A stretch of 64,000 nt of DNA from the human T2T-CHM13v2.0 reference genome, Homo sapiens: assembly GCF_009914755.1 (NCBI RefSeq), contig NC_060927.1; one strand, given 5' to 3'. Positions 14,796 through 28,792 of this stretch are shown here, one piece after another; position 1 is the stretch's first letter, and the number at the start of each line of letters is the position of its first letter. The translations under genes and the position numbers were made by a program. The notes beneath the pieces were generated by a model that saw only the letters and a program-made list of their open reading frames with translations, had not been told where the DNA came from and did not search any database.

Positions 14796-16314
14796 AAAAG
14801 TGTTTTTTAAATGAATGAACAAATCAATAAATTAAGGAATAAAGACTGCCTTTACAATTACCTGCCTGGTGCCCTGAAAGAATAATTATTCACATCTACA
14901 CAGTCATGTATACTATCTTTGTACAAATAAATTTCCTGAGAGAAAATTTCACTTAGGAGACAGAGAATAGAATCAAAGTGTCTTGGAGAAGATGTGAAGA
15001 AATGCCAATTGTAACAGAAGATTGATAGTCTGAAAGCCGAACATAATCTGCTATCCAATTTTATATGACCCGTATGACTCTTAGATCACTAGGTCCAGTC
15101 TAGATATTTTTTAAAGAAAGGAATTCCAATCTTTTTGTTTAATATTTCTAAAAATAGTAAAGAAAACCTGTTTTATCCAAGTAATATTTTATATTTTATT
15201 TATTTATATTGTGATCCCTAAATGTTTCACACCACGCATATTCTGGAATCTATTCCCAACACCGCCCTCACCCAAAGAAAACTATCCTCAGCCAGGAGAA
15301 TTTTTATTCTTCTTTCTAGATATTCTTCACTCCCTCCTTCCCAGTTGTCATATAGATCAACTTAACCTTTTAAAATTATCCCTTACTGACCTTTCTCCCA
15401 CTAGTTTTTCACACTGTCAAATCATAAAAGCCCAGGAATCATGTGGCAGAAAAATCTAGCTTTCTAGGAAAGGAAGGGCTAGAGGAGAAACAATTTCACT
15501 AGAAAGAGCTAGCATTTCCTTAACAAGAGCAAGGTGGGTGAATTTAGGGACATTTATACTTATATTAACTTTAATACACCCACTAGACTTAATTATTCTA
15601 TGCCTACTTTGTATTATCTGATCTTTCTAGTCCATGAGTTTTCACTAGTCTATAACAAAATGAGAAAAATAAATGATTGGTTTTTTTTAATTATTAAAAC
15701 AAAATTTTAGAACAGTATTTTAGTCTAGTGTCTACTTTTGGGGGGTTTTCTTTTCTTTAACAAAATCATAGTGATACGACATAGTTTTGTAATGTTTTAT
15801 TTGGCAAAATAGAAATTTGGCAAACATGTAAGTTCGTAGTTTAAAAAAACTTTTTATTAGTCTATGAAACCCTAAAATATGGTAACAATCAATTCACTGT
15901 TTGTTGAGGTTTTTAGCGGGGGAGAAAAAGGCCTTCAGTTGAGGAATAAGAGACAGAAGAGAATAGGTGTCCTAAATTATAGGGGGTGTCCTAAATTATA
16001 GTAAAATATTTCCAGTTTCCAGAACCTGTTTTTACTCTTTGCTGTGTTCCCAGCCTGGAGTTCTCAACCCCTGTGGACTTTTAAAGGTACTCTAGTGAGA
16101 GTTCTCAAGCTGTTGTCAGTATTTCAACAATCTAAAAAAAACTGTCACTTGCCAGAAATTAGCCTGTATAGATTATACAGCAAATTTCTCTGCTTTTGGC
16201 TAAAAAGATAAGAATTCAATATAGTAACAAGAATTATCACATACTGTTTAGAAGGACTGATTAATATCTAGAGGTTTATTAAGAAAAAAATAAAAATTAT
16301 TGATTAAAGTGTTT

Positions 16315-16865
16315 GATTTGAAACAGTTTGGCTGTTTCTCAAGATGTTAAGATACAGAATTACCACGTGAACCAGAAATTCCACTGCTAGGTTTATACCC
16401 AAGATAACTGATAGCATACATCCACACAAAAATGTGTGTATAAATATTCATAGCAGCATTGTTCATAGTAGTCCAAAAGTAGAAATAGTTGAAGGTGAGT
16501 GGATAAACAAAATGTGGTATATTCATATAATGGAATAATATCCTGTCAAGAAAAAAAGATGAAGTACAGATATAGGCCACAAGAGGGATGAACCTTGAAA
16601 ACATTATGATAAGTGAAAGAATCCAGACAGAAAAGACCATATATTATATGATTCAATTTATATGCAGTATCCAGAATGGGCAGATCCATAGGCAGAAAGC
16701 TGATGAATGGTTGCCAGGGACTGCGGGGAGAGGGGAATGGGGAGTGACTGCTAATGGGTTTCATTTTGGTGTGATAAAAACGTTATGGAATTAGATAGCA
16801 ATGATGATTATTACTTTGTGAATATAATTAAAAAATCACTGAATTAAACACTGAAATATAAAATA
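16315..16865 (+). mobile_element. L1MB-like 3' fragment
   Basis: 'aaacagtttggctgtttctc', 'gatgaaccttgaaaacattatg', 'tggttgccaggg'. Confidence 0.85.
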
Positions 16866-16924
16866 TAAAAAACTTTTAAAAGTTACAGTTGTTTTGTGGG
16901 TCATGGGTAGTATTATTTAAAACA

Positions 16925-17031
16925 TGGGTGCACAGGTGCACTAAAATCTCAGAATTCACTACTATATAATTCATCCATGTAAACAAAAACCTCTTGTACC
17001 CCAAAACTATTGAAATAAAATAAAAATAAAA
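16925..17031 (+). mobile_element. Short L1PB/L1MA 3'-terminal insertion
   Basis: 'cactaaaatctcagaattcactact...ttgtaccccaaaactattgaaataaaa' plus A-rich tail. Confidence 0.75.
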
Positions 17032-17552
17032 CACGCATCTATGGAAAAGGAGTAAAGTGAATCCTTGGAAAGAGGTTTGAGAAATATTGCCATACACAGC
17101 TTACAACTGTGTGAAAAGTCAGCTGTTCTGTATCCTGACTTTACTCACATCCATGCAAACAAGGCGGCATTCACATTACTTCTCACAGTTCAAAAGTTTC
17201 CTGCCCTTTCCTATGTAACATCCTTAGTACCCAAACAGGCTTCTCTGTGCCAGCCACAAGGAGTTACAGAAAGAAAGGAGAAAGGGGTCAAATCCTCCTT
17301 TGTCCTCATGTGCCACCTGGTCCTGAAAGCCAACTGCTTGTTCCCCAGAGAATCACAGAAAATCTTTGTGAGTTTGAGTTATTGACCTCCCACGTGTAGC
17401 TGCTGTACCCTCTTCCCATAGTTCAGATCTGGTTGATTGGTCCAACTTGGGATTCAACTTGGGCTGTTCCCCTCTGTCCCCACCCATCTCTGCCTCCACC
17501 CATCTCTGCCTGCAGGACTTTGTTACTGGAGTCTGATCCCCGTTTGTCAATC

Positions 17553-17672
17553 AGTTGTAGCTGAACTCTAGTTTGAGCTTGAGTTTAATTAAGTTTAATT
17601 CAAATTAAGTTTAATTCAACTTAAGTTTAATTTAACTTGAGTTCAAGCTCAAACTAGAGCTCAGCTACAACT
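17553..17672. repeat. 30-bp inverted repeat flanking iterated 16-mers
   Basis: Arms 17553-17582 and 17643-17672 are reverse complements with 1 mismatch. Confidence 0.95.
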
Positions 17673-17997
17673 TCTCTTGCACTTCTACAGTATTTCATTC
17701 TCAAGTGATCTATCCACATGAAACATTTAGAAGCCAAGGTGAAAAATAAAATTAAGGAGTGGATTTCTAAAGACTTGGCTGTTTGGGACTTTCACATCAT
17801 ATAGTTCCTGACAAAATGGTGGTTTGCCACCACGTGAAGGAAAGGAATGCTTGCTACAGTCAAGGATTGTTTGAATTTCCCAGAGGAACATAAAGTGTCA
17901 GACAGTACAGGGATGGAAGGAGCTTCACAGAATGTGTAGTACGATGTCTCAGCAATTGCAGGACTCACTTCTAGTGCACTCATTTTTTTCATGGTGG

Positions 17998-18160
17998 TTT
18001 TTTTCTTTTTCTTTTTTTGTTGTTGCTGTTGTTGTTGAGATGTGGGTGCGGGGTCTCACTTTGTTGCCCAGGATGCTCTTGAACTCCTGAGCTCAAGAGA
18101 TCTTCCTGCCTTGGCCCCTCAAAGTGCTGGGATTACAGGCATGGAGGCACCATGCCAGGC
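17998..18160 (-). mobile_element. FLAM/Alu monomer
   Basis: Single left-arm Alu monomer with T-rich tail. Confidence 0.85.
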
Positions 18161-18777
18161 ACTTCTAGCATACTCTTGGCTGATGCCCATCAAGTCTCAA
18201 CAGGTACACATCTCAGGAAGAGGCACTGTCCTCTTTCACATTGTTATATAACCTTTCATGGGTCCATGATTTCTTCTCAGTTAAACTGTCACTAACAAGA
18301 TCATGCTTACATAGCTTGTTTTATTTTATTTTTAATGTCAATACTGTAGGAAAGGCATTTTTTATCTCCATTTTACCTTGGAAGAAACAGAGTCTCAAAG
18401 AGTTTAAATGAATTGCCTGGAGTTGCAGACTCAGGATTCAAACTGAGCTTCTACCTCTAAACCCAATGTTATTTTTACTCTACACTCCAGCCTGCTAGAG
18501 ATTTTAAAAGATGCAAATCATATATCATGCCTTTTTTTGTACAATGCTTTAATAAATACTGTTTTAGTAAATTAATTCATTTCCTGCTGATAATTTTGCT
18601 TAGTATATAGAGACTAGCATATAGTAGAATTATAGAGAAATGGATTTGAACACCCTCTTGACTACTTGCAAGATCTTTGATCTTGAACAAGTAGCCTAAT
18701 CTTGCAAAGCTTTAATTCTCTCCTTTGTAACATGATTTGATGTAAAATTTATATTTTTTTGCTATAAGTAAATATAT

Positions 18778-19009
18778 ATATTTGCTAGTTTCTAAAGTTG
18801 GTCCCTCAATGAGCCACACCTCTTAGTATCTACATCTTTCTATAAGTCCCTCCTCTGGGGTTGATCTGTGACTCACGTTTAACCACTAGAATTGATGGCA
18901 GTGACTTAGCGTGACTTCTGAGGCTAGATCATAAGAAACCTTACAGCTTCCACCTAGTTCCCTTGGAACATTCAGTCTAGGGGAAGAAAGCTGCCACATA
19001 AGAAGTCTG
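18778..19009 (+). mobile_element. MLT1 LTR, 5' part (split by L1)
   Basis: 'gtgacttctgaggctagatcataagaa', 'ctgccacataagaagtctg'; continues at 21926. Confidence 0.75.
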
Positions 19010-19937
19010 TTGAATAGGAGTGGAGAGACAGGGCATCCTTATCTTGTGCTGGTTTTCAAAAGGAATGCTTCCAGCTTTTGCCCATTCAATAAGATATTGT
19101 CTATGGGTTTGTCATAAATAGCCCTTATTATTTTGTGATATATTCCATCAATGCCTAGTTTATTGAGAGTTTTTAACCTGAAGGGATGTTGAATTTTATC
19201 AAAGGTCTTTTCTGTATCTATTGAGATAATCATGTGGCTTTTGTCATTGCTTCTGTTTATGTGGTGGATTATGTTTATTGATTTGCTTATGTTGAACCAG
19301 CCTTGCATCCCAGGGATTAAGCCAACTTGATCGTGGTGGATAAGCTTTTTGATGTGCTGCCGGATTCAGCTTGCCAGTATTTTACTGAGGATTTTCGCAT
19401 CGATGTTCATCAGGGATATTAGCCTGAGGTTTTCTTTTTCTGTTGTGTCTCTGCAAGGTTTTGGTATCAGGATGATGCTGGCTTCATAAAATGAGTTAGG
19501 GAGGAATCTGTCTTTTTCAATTGTTTGGAATAGTTTCAGAAAGAATGGTACCAGGTCCTTTTTGTACCTCTGATAGAATTCGGCTGTGAATCTGTTTGGT
19601 CCTGGGCTTTTTTCGGTTGGTAGGCTATTAATTACTGCCTCAATTTCAGAACTTGTTATTGGTCCATGCAGGGATTCAACTTCTTCCTGGCTTAGTCTTG
19701 GGAGGGTGTATGTGTCCAGGAATTTATCCATTTCTTCTAGATTTTCTAGTTTATTTGCATAGAGGTGTTTATAGTATTCTCTGATGGTAGTTTGTATTTC
19801 TGTGGGATCAGCGGTGATATCCCCTTTATCATTTTTTATTGTGTCTATTTGATCCTTCTTTCTTTTCTTCTTTATTAGTCTAGCTAGCAGTCTACCTATT
19901 TTGTTAATTTTTTTGAAAATGTCAGCTCCTGGATTCA
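19010..19937 (-). mobile_element. L1PA ORF2, inverted 5' segment
   Basis: Minus-strand ORFs [21 protein letters not shown]... and [19 protein letters not shown]... are L1 ORF2. Confidence 0.97.
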
Positions 19938-21915
19938 GGCAAGCGAAAGAAATAAAGGATACTCATATAGGAAGAGAGGAAGTCAAATTGTCTCTGTTTG
20001 CAGATGACATGATTCTATATTCAGAAAACCCCATTGTCTCAGCCCCAAAACCCCTTAAGCTGATAAGCAACTTCAGCAAAGTCTGAGGATACAAAATCAA
20101 TGTGCAAAAATCACAAGTATTCCTATACACCAACAATAGACAAGCAGAAAACCAAATCATGAATGAACTCCCATTCACAATTGTTACAAAGAGAATAAAA
20201 TATCTAGGAATACAACTTACAAGGGATGTGAAGGGCCTCTTTAAGGAGAACTACAAACCACTGCTCAAGGAAATAAGAGGGGACACAAACAAATGGGAAA
20301 AAATTCCATGCTCATGGATAGGAAGAATCAATATTGTGAAAATGGCCATACTGCCCAAAGTAGTGTAGAGATTCGATGCTATTCCCATCAAGCTACCATT
20401 GACTTTTTGCAGAATTAGAAAAAACTACTTTAAATTTCATATGGAACCAAAAAAGAGCCCATATAGCCAAGACAATCCTAAGCAAAAAGAACAAAGTCAC
20501 ACTACCTGACTTCAAACAATACTACTAGGCTACAGTAACCAAAACAGCATGGTACTGGTACAAAAACAGGTATGTAGACCAATGGAATAGAACAGAGACC
20601 TCGGAAATAACACCACACATCTACAACCATCAGATCTTCGACAAACCTGACAAAAACAGGCAATGGGGAAAGGATTTCCTATTTAATAAATAGTGCTAGG
20701 AAAATTGTCTAGTCATGTGCAGAAAACTGAAACTGTACCCCTTCCTTACACCTTATATAAAAATTAAGCCCAAACCCATATAAACCCTTGAAGAAAATAT
20801 AAGCAATACCACTCAGGACATAGGCATGAGCAAAGACTTCATGACTAAAACACCAAAAGCAATTGCAACAAAAGCCAAAATTGACAAATGGGATCTAATT
20901 AAACTAAAGAGCTTCTGCACAGCAAAAGAAATTATCATCAGAGTGAACAGGCAACCTACAGAATGAGAGAAAATTTTTTGCAATCCACCCATCTGACAAA
21001 GGTCTAATATCCAGAATCTACAAGGAACTTAAATTTACAAGAAAAAACAAACAACCCCATCAAAAAGTGGGCAAAGGATATGAACAGACACTTCACAAAA
21101 GAAGACATTTATGTGGCCAACAAAGAAATGAAAAAAAGCTCATCATCACTGATCATTAGAGAAATGCAAATCAAAACCAAAATGAGATACTATCTCATGC
21201 CAGTCAGAATGGTGATTATTAAAAAGTCAGGAAACAATAGATGCTGGTGAGGCTGTGGAGAAATAGGAACACTTTTACACTGTTGGTGGGAATGTAAATT
21301 AGTTCAACCATTGTGGAAGACAGTGTGGCTATTCCTCGAGGATCTAGAACCAGAAATACCATTTGACCCAGCAATCCCATTACTAAGTATATACCCAAAG
21401 GATTATAAATCATTATAAAGACACATGCACATGTATGTTTATTGCAGTACTTTTCACAATAGCAAGGACTTGGAACCATCCCAAATGCCCATCAATGATA
21501 GACTGGATAAAGAAAATGTGGCGTATATACACCATGGACTACTATGCAGCCATAAAAAATGAGATCATGTCCTTTGCAGGGACATGGATGAAGCTGGAAG
21601 CCATCATTCTCAGCAAACTAACACAGGAATAGAAAACCAAACACCACGTGTTCTCATTCATAAGTGGGAGTTGAACAATGAGAACAACATGGACACAGGG
21701 AGGGAACAACACACACCAGGGCCTGTCAGGCTGTGGGGGTAAGGGGAGGGAGAGCATTAGGACAAATACCTAATGCATGCAGGGATTAAAACCTAGATAA
21801 CGGGTTGATAGGTAGAGCAAACCACCATGGTACACATATACCTATGTAACAAAACTGCATATTCTGCACATGTATCCCAGAACTTAAATTTAAAAAGAAA
21901 GAAAGAAAGAAAACA
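19935..21915 (+). mobile_element. L1PA (PA7-PA10-like) ORF2 3' part, 3'UTR and tail
   Basis: LFADDMI RT motif, C-terminal ORF2 peptides, 3'UTR 'gcattaggacaaatacctaatgcatgc', A-rich tail; degenerate TSD AAGAAGTCTG / AGGAAATCTG. Confidence 0.97.
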
Positions 21916-21925
21916 AGGAAATCTG

Positions 21926-22273
21926 ACTGTCCTGAGACTGCCATGGTTTGGGGAAGCCCAAGCTTGCCTATGGAGATGACCTGGAGAAAGAAGAGATACC
22001 AAGGCAGCCCCTAGATATTACAACTACCCCAGCTTAGGATGTTTACTCATGCCAGAGAGAAGTAAAGAAGCCATCAAGAATATCAGGCACAGTTAAGTCA
22101 TCAGATGTCTGTAGCCCCAGTTACTTGTTACACCTGCTGCCTGAAATGCCAAGAGAGAACCACTCAGCTGAGCCCAGTTAGCCCACAGAATCATGACAGA
22201 AAATAAGGAATTATTGTTTTAAGTCACTGAGTTTTAGGGTGGTTTGTTGAACAGCAATAGATAGGCAGAATAC
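21926..22273 (+). mobile_element. MLT1 LTR, 3' part
   Basis: 'actgtcctgagactgccatg' ... 'gttttaagtcactgagttttagggtggtttgtt...aataca'. Confidence 0.8.
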
Positions 22274-22775
22274 ACGAGGATGATAATCATACCTACCATG
22301 TAGAGATGGTGTGAAGATTACATGAGATAATGTACTTAAGTGCCCAGCACATAGTGGGTAGACAATAAATTGCAGATTATCATTGTTGTTATATTTTATT
22401 CTAAGCCTCCTTGAAGTCCTTCTGTAAGATAGCTAACTCATGGATCTGTCCCACACATGCATATTTCAAAACTCTGAGAACAAAGAGAGTATTTGCCCTG
22501 TGGAAGGTAAACCTAAATTAGCTAAAAGCCCTAGGGATTTACTTCTGGATTTCCTGCCCTTTGCTATTAGTCTTTTCCTCTAACTCTTTGTATCTGGTTT
22601 TGTTGGGCTGGTTTCTGCCCACTACAGTTTCAGCCTGGGACTAGGATCTTATCTGCTTTATTGAGGGTGTTCCTTTGATCCACTAACATAAACCACTTAC
22701 AATTAATTACCATGTACAGCTGTGTTAGTTGTCTGTTGGCAAAAATTTTTTCTCTTATTCTTGCTCTCTTTCTAA

Positions 22776-23148
<373 letters not shown>

Positions 23149-23352
23149 CCAAAGACATTTATTAATCAAAGGACCAGAAGCTCTTAGTCTGGAATATTTC
23201 AATCCTAATACAATCTAAGCACACATGTTCCTGTGCTTTTAGGTGCATACAAAGATATATTCATGATTTTTCCAGGTATGGTGATCAATAAAACTGAGAG
23301 GACCTCAAGACTCACAAATTGATGATGAAGTTGGGCCTAGATGAACTAATGA

Positions 23353-23652
<300 letters not shown>

Positions 23653-23706
23653 CAAACTAATGAAGCATTTTTAAAATTTTAATTCCCTTCAGATCCTGAA
23701 CAAGCA

Positions 23707-24024
23707 TTTTATTTATTTATGTATTTATTTATTTATTTTAGAGATAGGATCTTGCTCTGTTGCCCAGGCTGGAGTGCAGTGGTGTGATCATGGCTCACTG
23801 CAGCCTCAATCTCCTTGGGCTCAAACAATCTTCCCACCTCAGCCTCCCAAGTTGTTTGGACTACAGGCATGCCCCACCATGCTTGCCTAATTTTTCTATT
23901 TTTTGTAGAGATGGGGTTTTGCCATGTTGCCCAAACTGGTCTTGAACTCCTGAACTCAAGCAATCCTTCTGCCTCTGCCTCTCAAAGTGTTGGGATTACA
24001 GGCATGAGCCACTGCACCCAGTCT
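23707..24024 (-). mobile_element. AluJ-type
   Basis: 'gatcatggctcactgcagcctcaa'; (TTTA)n tail. Confidence 0.92.
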
Positions 24025-24398
24025 GCTTGTATTTTTTGTTAAATCAGGAAGAATTTTGTAAAGGACATCAATTGAATAATCATGTGGCTTGGCTTTGATA
24101 ATTATATCTGATACTTTTATGGTGGTTTCTCATTTCAAAGAGTCTTCCAATTTGAGTCTCAAACCTGCCCTGGAAGAAATTCAAGACTGGAATTTTCATT
24201 CACATTTCACAAATGAGGAAACTGAAGTTTAAAGTTTAAAGGCCTGATTTTTTCCAGGCCTCCCACCTCATAGTCTAGGACGGTTTCATGACAATAAAGT
24301 GGCTTTTCTTAAGCCAGCAAGCAAGTTCCAACCCAGTGAAAGAAAGAAATAGAAATGTCATGGACATAGAGGTGAGATAAAACCTTTCATGAAGTCAT

Positions 24399-24957
24399 TG
24401 TGATAGTTAATATTGAGTGTCAACTTGATTGGATTGAAGGATGCAAAGTATTGTTCCTGGGTGTGTCTGTGAGGGTGTTGACAAAGGAAATTAATATTTG
24501 AGTCAGTGGACTAGGGGAGGCAGACCCACCCTCAATTTGGGTGGGCACCATCTAATCAGCTGCCAGTGTGGCTAGAATAAAGCAGGCAGGAGAAGATGGA
24601 AGAGCAGACTCACTGAGTCTTACAGCCTTCATCTTTCTCCCATGTTGGATGCTTCCTGCCCTCGAGCATCAGACTCCAAGTTCTTCAGCTTTTGGACTCT
24701 TGGACTTAAATCAATGGTTTGCCAAAGGATCTCCAGTCTTTGGCCACAGACTGAAGCCTGAACTGTCAGCTTCCCTCCTTTTGAGGTTTTGGGACTTGGA
24801 CTGATCCACCCACTGGCTTCCTTGCTCCTTAACTTGCAGACGGCCTATGTGGGACTTTACCGTGTGATCGTGTGAGTCAGTTCTCCTTAATAAACTCCCT
24901 TTCATGTATACATATATCCTATTAGTTCTGTCCCTCTAGAGAACCCTGGCTGATACA
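24399..24957 (+). mobile_element. MLT2A (likely MLT2A2) solo LTR, ERVL
   Basis: TGTGATAGTTAATATTGAGTGTCAACTTGATTGG...GAGAACCCTGGCTGATACA, 559 bp; 5-bp TSD GTCAT/GGCAT. Confidence 0.92.
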
Positions 24958-25024
24958 GGCATTAAGGAGAGATTTTTTATAATTTTTAAAGAACTGCCCA
25001 AGTGAAATGGATATTCTTTTTTAT

Positions 25025-25390
25025 ACTATGGGTCTACACAATTCCTTACCTATAATTCTTGCAGATGTATGTATTTTGAAATTTAGAATATTCCAGATAA
25101 ATATTTGAACACACACACATACATTCCATCAGGGAACACCTTATAATTAAACATAGTAATTTTTGCAGCATAACATGTAAATATTCATACTAAATGAGAT
25201 AAAGATTGTACAGATTATGAATAGTTTCAGAGTTTATTGCCAAATGAGCTTGCTACAGATCTATAAGCAAAACAAAAGAAAAATTTTTTGTTGGGACTAG
25301 ATGAACTAATGAAGCTTTTTTTTAAAAAAGAAGCATTTTTTTCAGAGATTTTTGGACTTTAGAATTGTGGAAAATAGATTGTGGAATTGC
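25025..25390. mobile_element. Old DNA transposon (Tigger-like MITE)
   Basis: Loosely inverted termini 'cacaattccttacctataattc' / 'gaattgtggaaaatagattgtg'. Confidence 0.5.
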
Positions 25391-26109
25391 ATTCAGACTA
25401 TGAAACTGATCATTCTCTCAGTGTTTTCTGCTGTTGGGAACATCACTTGCTCGCCTAGTGGGGTTTGTTCTCAAACTTTGTGCAGGAAAGATGACTTGAA
25501 CAGAGTTTACACCTGCTGTCCTGTGCTTCCCTAACTGGCATGCTCACAAAGAAAGGGCCTCAGCTAAGTTTGAAGTATGGTTTCAGGCTTTGGGAAGACA
25601 AGCCAGTCAAGCCAGCTAATAAACTCTTTTATCCAAAATCCCTAAGGGGGAGGAGAAAAAAGAAAAAGAAATTAAAATGGAATAGCAGCCTGCTTTCAAC
25701 TTCATGAGAACTGATCACACAAGGAAGCCAGAGGCATCTCATCAAGAAAGTCCAAATTTGATGAAGCAATTTCACTCTGGAAGCCTTAGACTAGACAGAC
25801 CTGCAATGAACCCATTATAAGGTCATCAAGATGGGTGAGAGAAGTGGGATCCGTACATTAATATTAATGGCAGTAATAACTGTGATACCGCTCCCCATTT
25901 CAGTCTCTGCCGGGAAGAAAAGCTTGGGCCCTTTCCTACGCCAAGAGGAGACAGAGAACATTTTCCAAGGACACTTAAGACTTGCTGTCCCTTTACAATT
26001 GGCCTTTTTTCCCAGAACACTTCACATGGAGCAGCGTAAGTTTTGCTGTCTGGTCCTCTTCGGTGGAAGGTCATTTTGTATCCAAGGTGACAGCTCTCTC
26101 TGGGGATAG

Positions 26110-26219
26110 GTATGTGACGTGGAGGTAGATAAGTGGATGGTGTGGGGATGAGCCCAGGGCCCATGGGGCCCTTAAGGTGATGGCCTGCACCCTGTGGTGG
26201 TCTGCTGAAAGAGCAGAAC

Positions 26220-26253
<34 letters not shown>

Positions 26254-26340
26254 ACTCAGTGTGTGACTCAGTGTGTGCCGTGATATCTGAGCAACTGCCC
26301 AGCAAGCAGCAGAAGGGGAAAGGTCCACGTCTGATAAAGG
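26110..26340. promoter_or_regulatory. Candidate bZIP-motif enhancer
   Basis: TGACTCA at 26252 and 26264, TGCTGACTCAG (MARE/ARE-like), TGACGTGG at 26115, TGATAA at ~26332, in non-TE sequence. Confidence 0.4.
26221..26253. repeat. (CTG)11/(CAG)11 trinucleotide repeat
   Basis: 11 uninterrupted CTG units. Confidence 0.99.
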
Positions 26341-26550
26341 AGACAGGAAATGCATTTTGAACAAAGCTTTTATTATTTTTTTTAATTCTCTGCTCTCATT
26401 CATTTTCCACATACTTTATCCACAATGACCTTTGAAATCTAATCAATTGTTTGGTATCTTCCTTGTTATGAAAAAAAAATATCAGGCCACTAATTTTCTC
26501 CATTCTAACGTCTTTTGCAGAATGATTCCCTTCTCTTTTGGTGCAACTGA

Positions 26551-26898
<348 letters not shown>

Positions 26899-26904
26899 TG
26901 CGGA

Positions 26905-27070
26905 ACTCTGATGCCACAGATACCTGGGTTTGAATTCCAGGCCCATCATTTTCTAACCATGTGAATCTGGGCAAATTACTTAGCCATCATGAGATGTAAT
27001 TTCCTCAATTGTAAAATGGCAATAATATATGAGATGTTTGCTGTGAGAATGAAGTGAGGTAATAGGAGTG
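26905..27070 (+). mobile_element. MIR
   Basis: 'cctgggtttgaattccagg...gggcaaattactta...ttcctcaattgtaaaatgg'. Confidence 0.75.
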
Positions 27071-27737
27071 CTTATTACAAAACAGACACAGGAATAGTTT
27101 ATTATAACTAGATGCTAAGAGGAACTTAAAGGTAAATAAAACACATATGCACACACATACACACTTCTTTAATGCAAGGAAAATATATAAAGGATTTTGG
27201 AAGTGACTTGAGAGCATACGGTACAGAGAAATTGAACCATACAGTGGAGAGTGTGCATTAGATCCAGGCCTGGGCAAACACATGGACTATCAATAGGCTG
27301 GGTAATGGGAGTGAGGAGAATGAGGACGTAAAGGATGCTTCTAGGCAGAAAACATGGTGACACAGAGGCAGGAAAGAACTGAGGAGGAATTACAGAAAAA
27401 GACCCAGACTTTTCCAGTACCATAAGGATTGAAAGTATCCTTTCTCAATAGCCTCACAACTACTCCTTTCATTATAGAAGTAAGTGTTCTGATTTGAGGT
27501 TTGAAAAATAATCACTCTAGCATTTGTTTGAGCATTGCAACACATATAATCAGGGCGAGGTTAGGAGGGAGAAGAGAGTGGGAAGTTAGCTACTTGAGAT
27601 TATTGAGGGCTTTGAATGTCACAAAAGGGAATGAGACTTTTTGCATGTGTTGTATAGTGAGGAGTCCTTTTGGACCTGAGTGGCACCAGTTTCAGAAGGT
27701 TACACCATCGATGTACAGATTAATTAGAAGTGGGATA

Positions 27738-28200
<463 letters not shown>

Positions 28201-28792
28201 CTAAGAAAAGGAAGTCTCTTTTACTTGGATAGTAGTCAGAAGACCTGGGTTCGGGGATGGAGGATGATTAATTCCATTCTATGTATTCTATTTTTAAACT
28301 GATAGAGATACATTCACAGGGTGGCTTGGAGCTCACGATAGTTACTAGCTGGAGCTGTGGCTGTAGAAAGCCTCTTAATTGAAGTGATAGGAAGAAGTGG
28401 AAGGTTATTAGACAACTAAGGCAGTGTGGCAAGAAGGTGGTCAATACTCGAAGGGGATGGCTGAGTCCAAACTCTCCCTTTCATAGCCTTTTTACCCACA
28501 GAAGTTCTCAACTTCATTTATTCATATCAAAGAGTGACTGATGATATCTTAAAATGTCATGTCTTATGGAGATTTACATTTTACTGGGGATCAAAGCCCT
28601 GAAATAAAGAAATTAAGCCCCAGACAAGAAATCCAGAAGTCGTGGGAAAGGTGACCATGTGACCACCACTAACACGCAAAGGCCTCTAATATGCAATGGC
28701 CACTGGACCAGCCACCCCCTTGACAATCTAAAGGAGAATGCAGTGAATACGAAGGAGGTTTTCCCAAAGTACAAAATACAAGTATGCACGTA

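Noticed and set aside
19039-21632. Active L1 ORF2
   Set aside because: 5'-truncated, inverted, with stops, frameshifts and internal deletions
25826-26412. Poly-Ala and poly-Gln ORFs (159 aa, 113 aa)
   Set aside because: Homopolymers are just frames of the (CAG)11 tract; flanks are not protein-like
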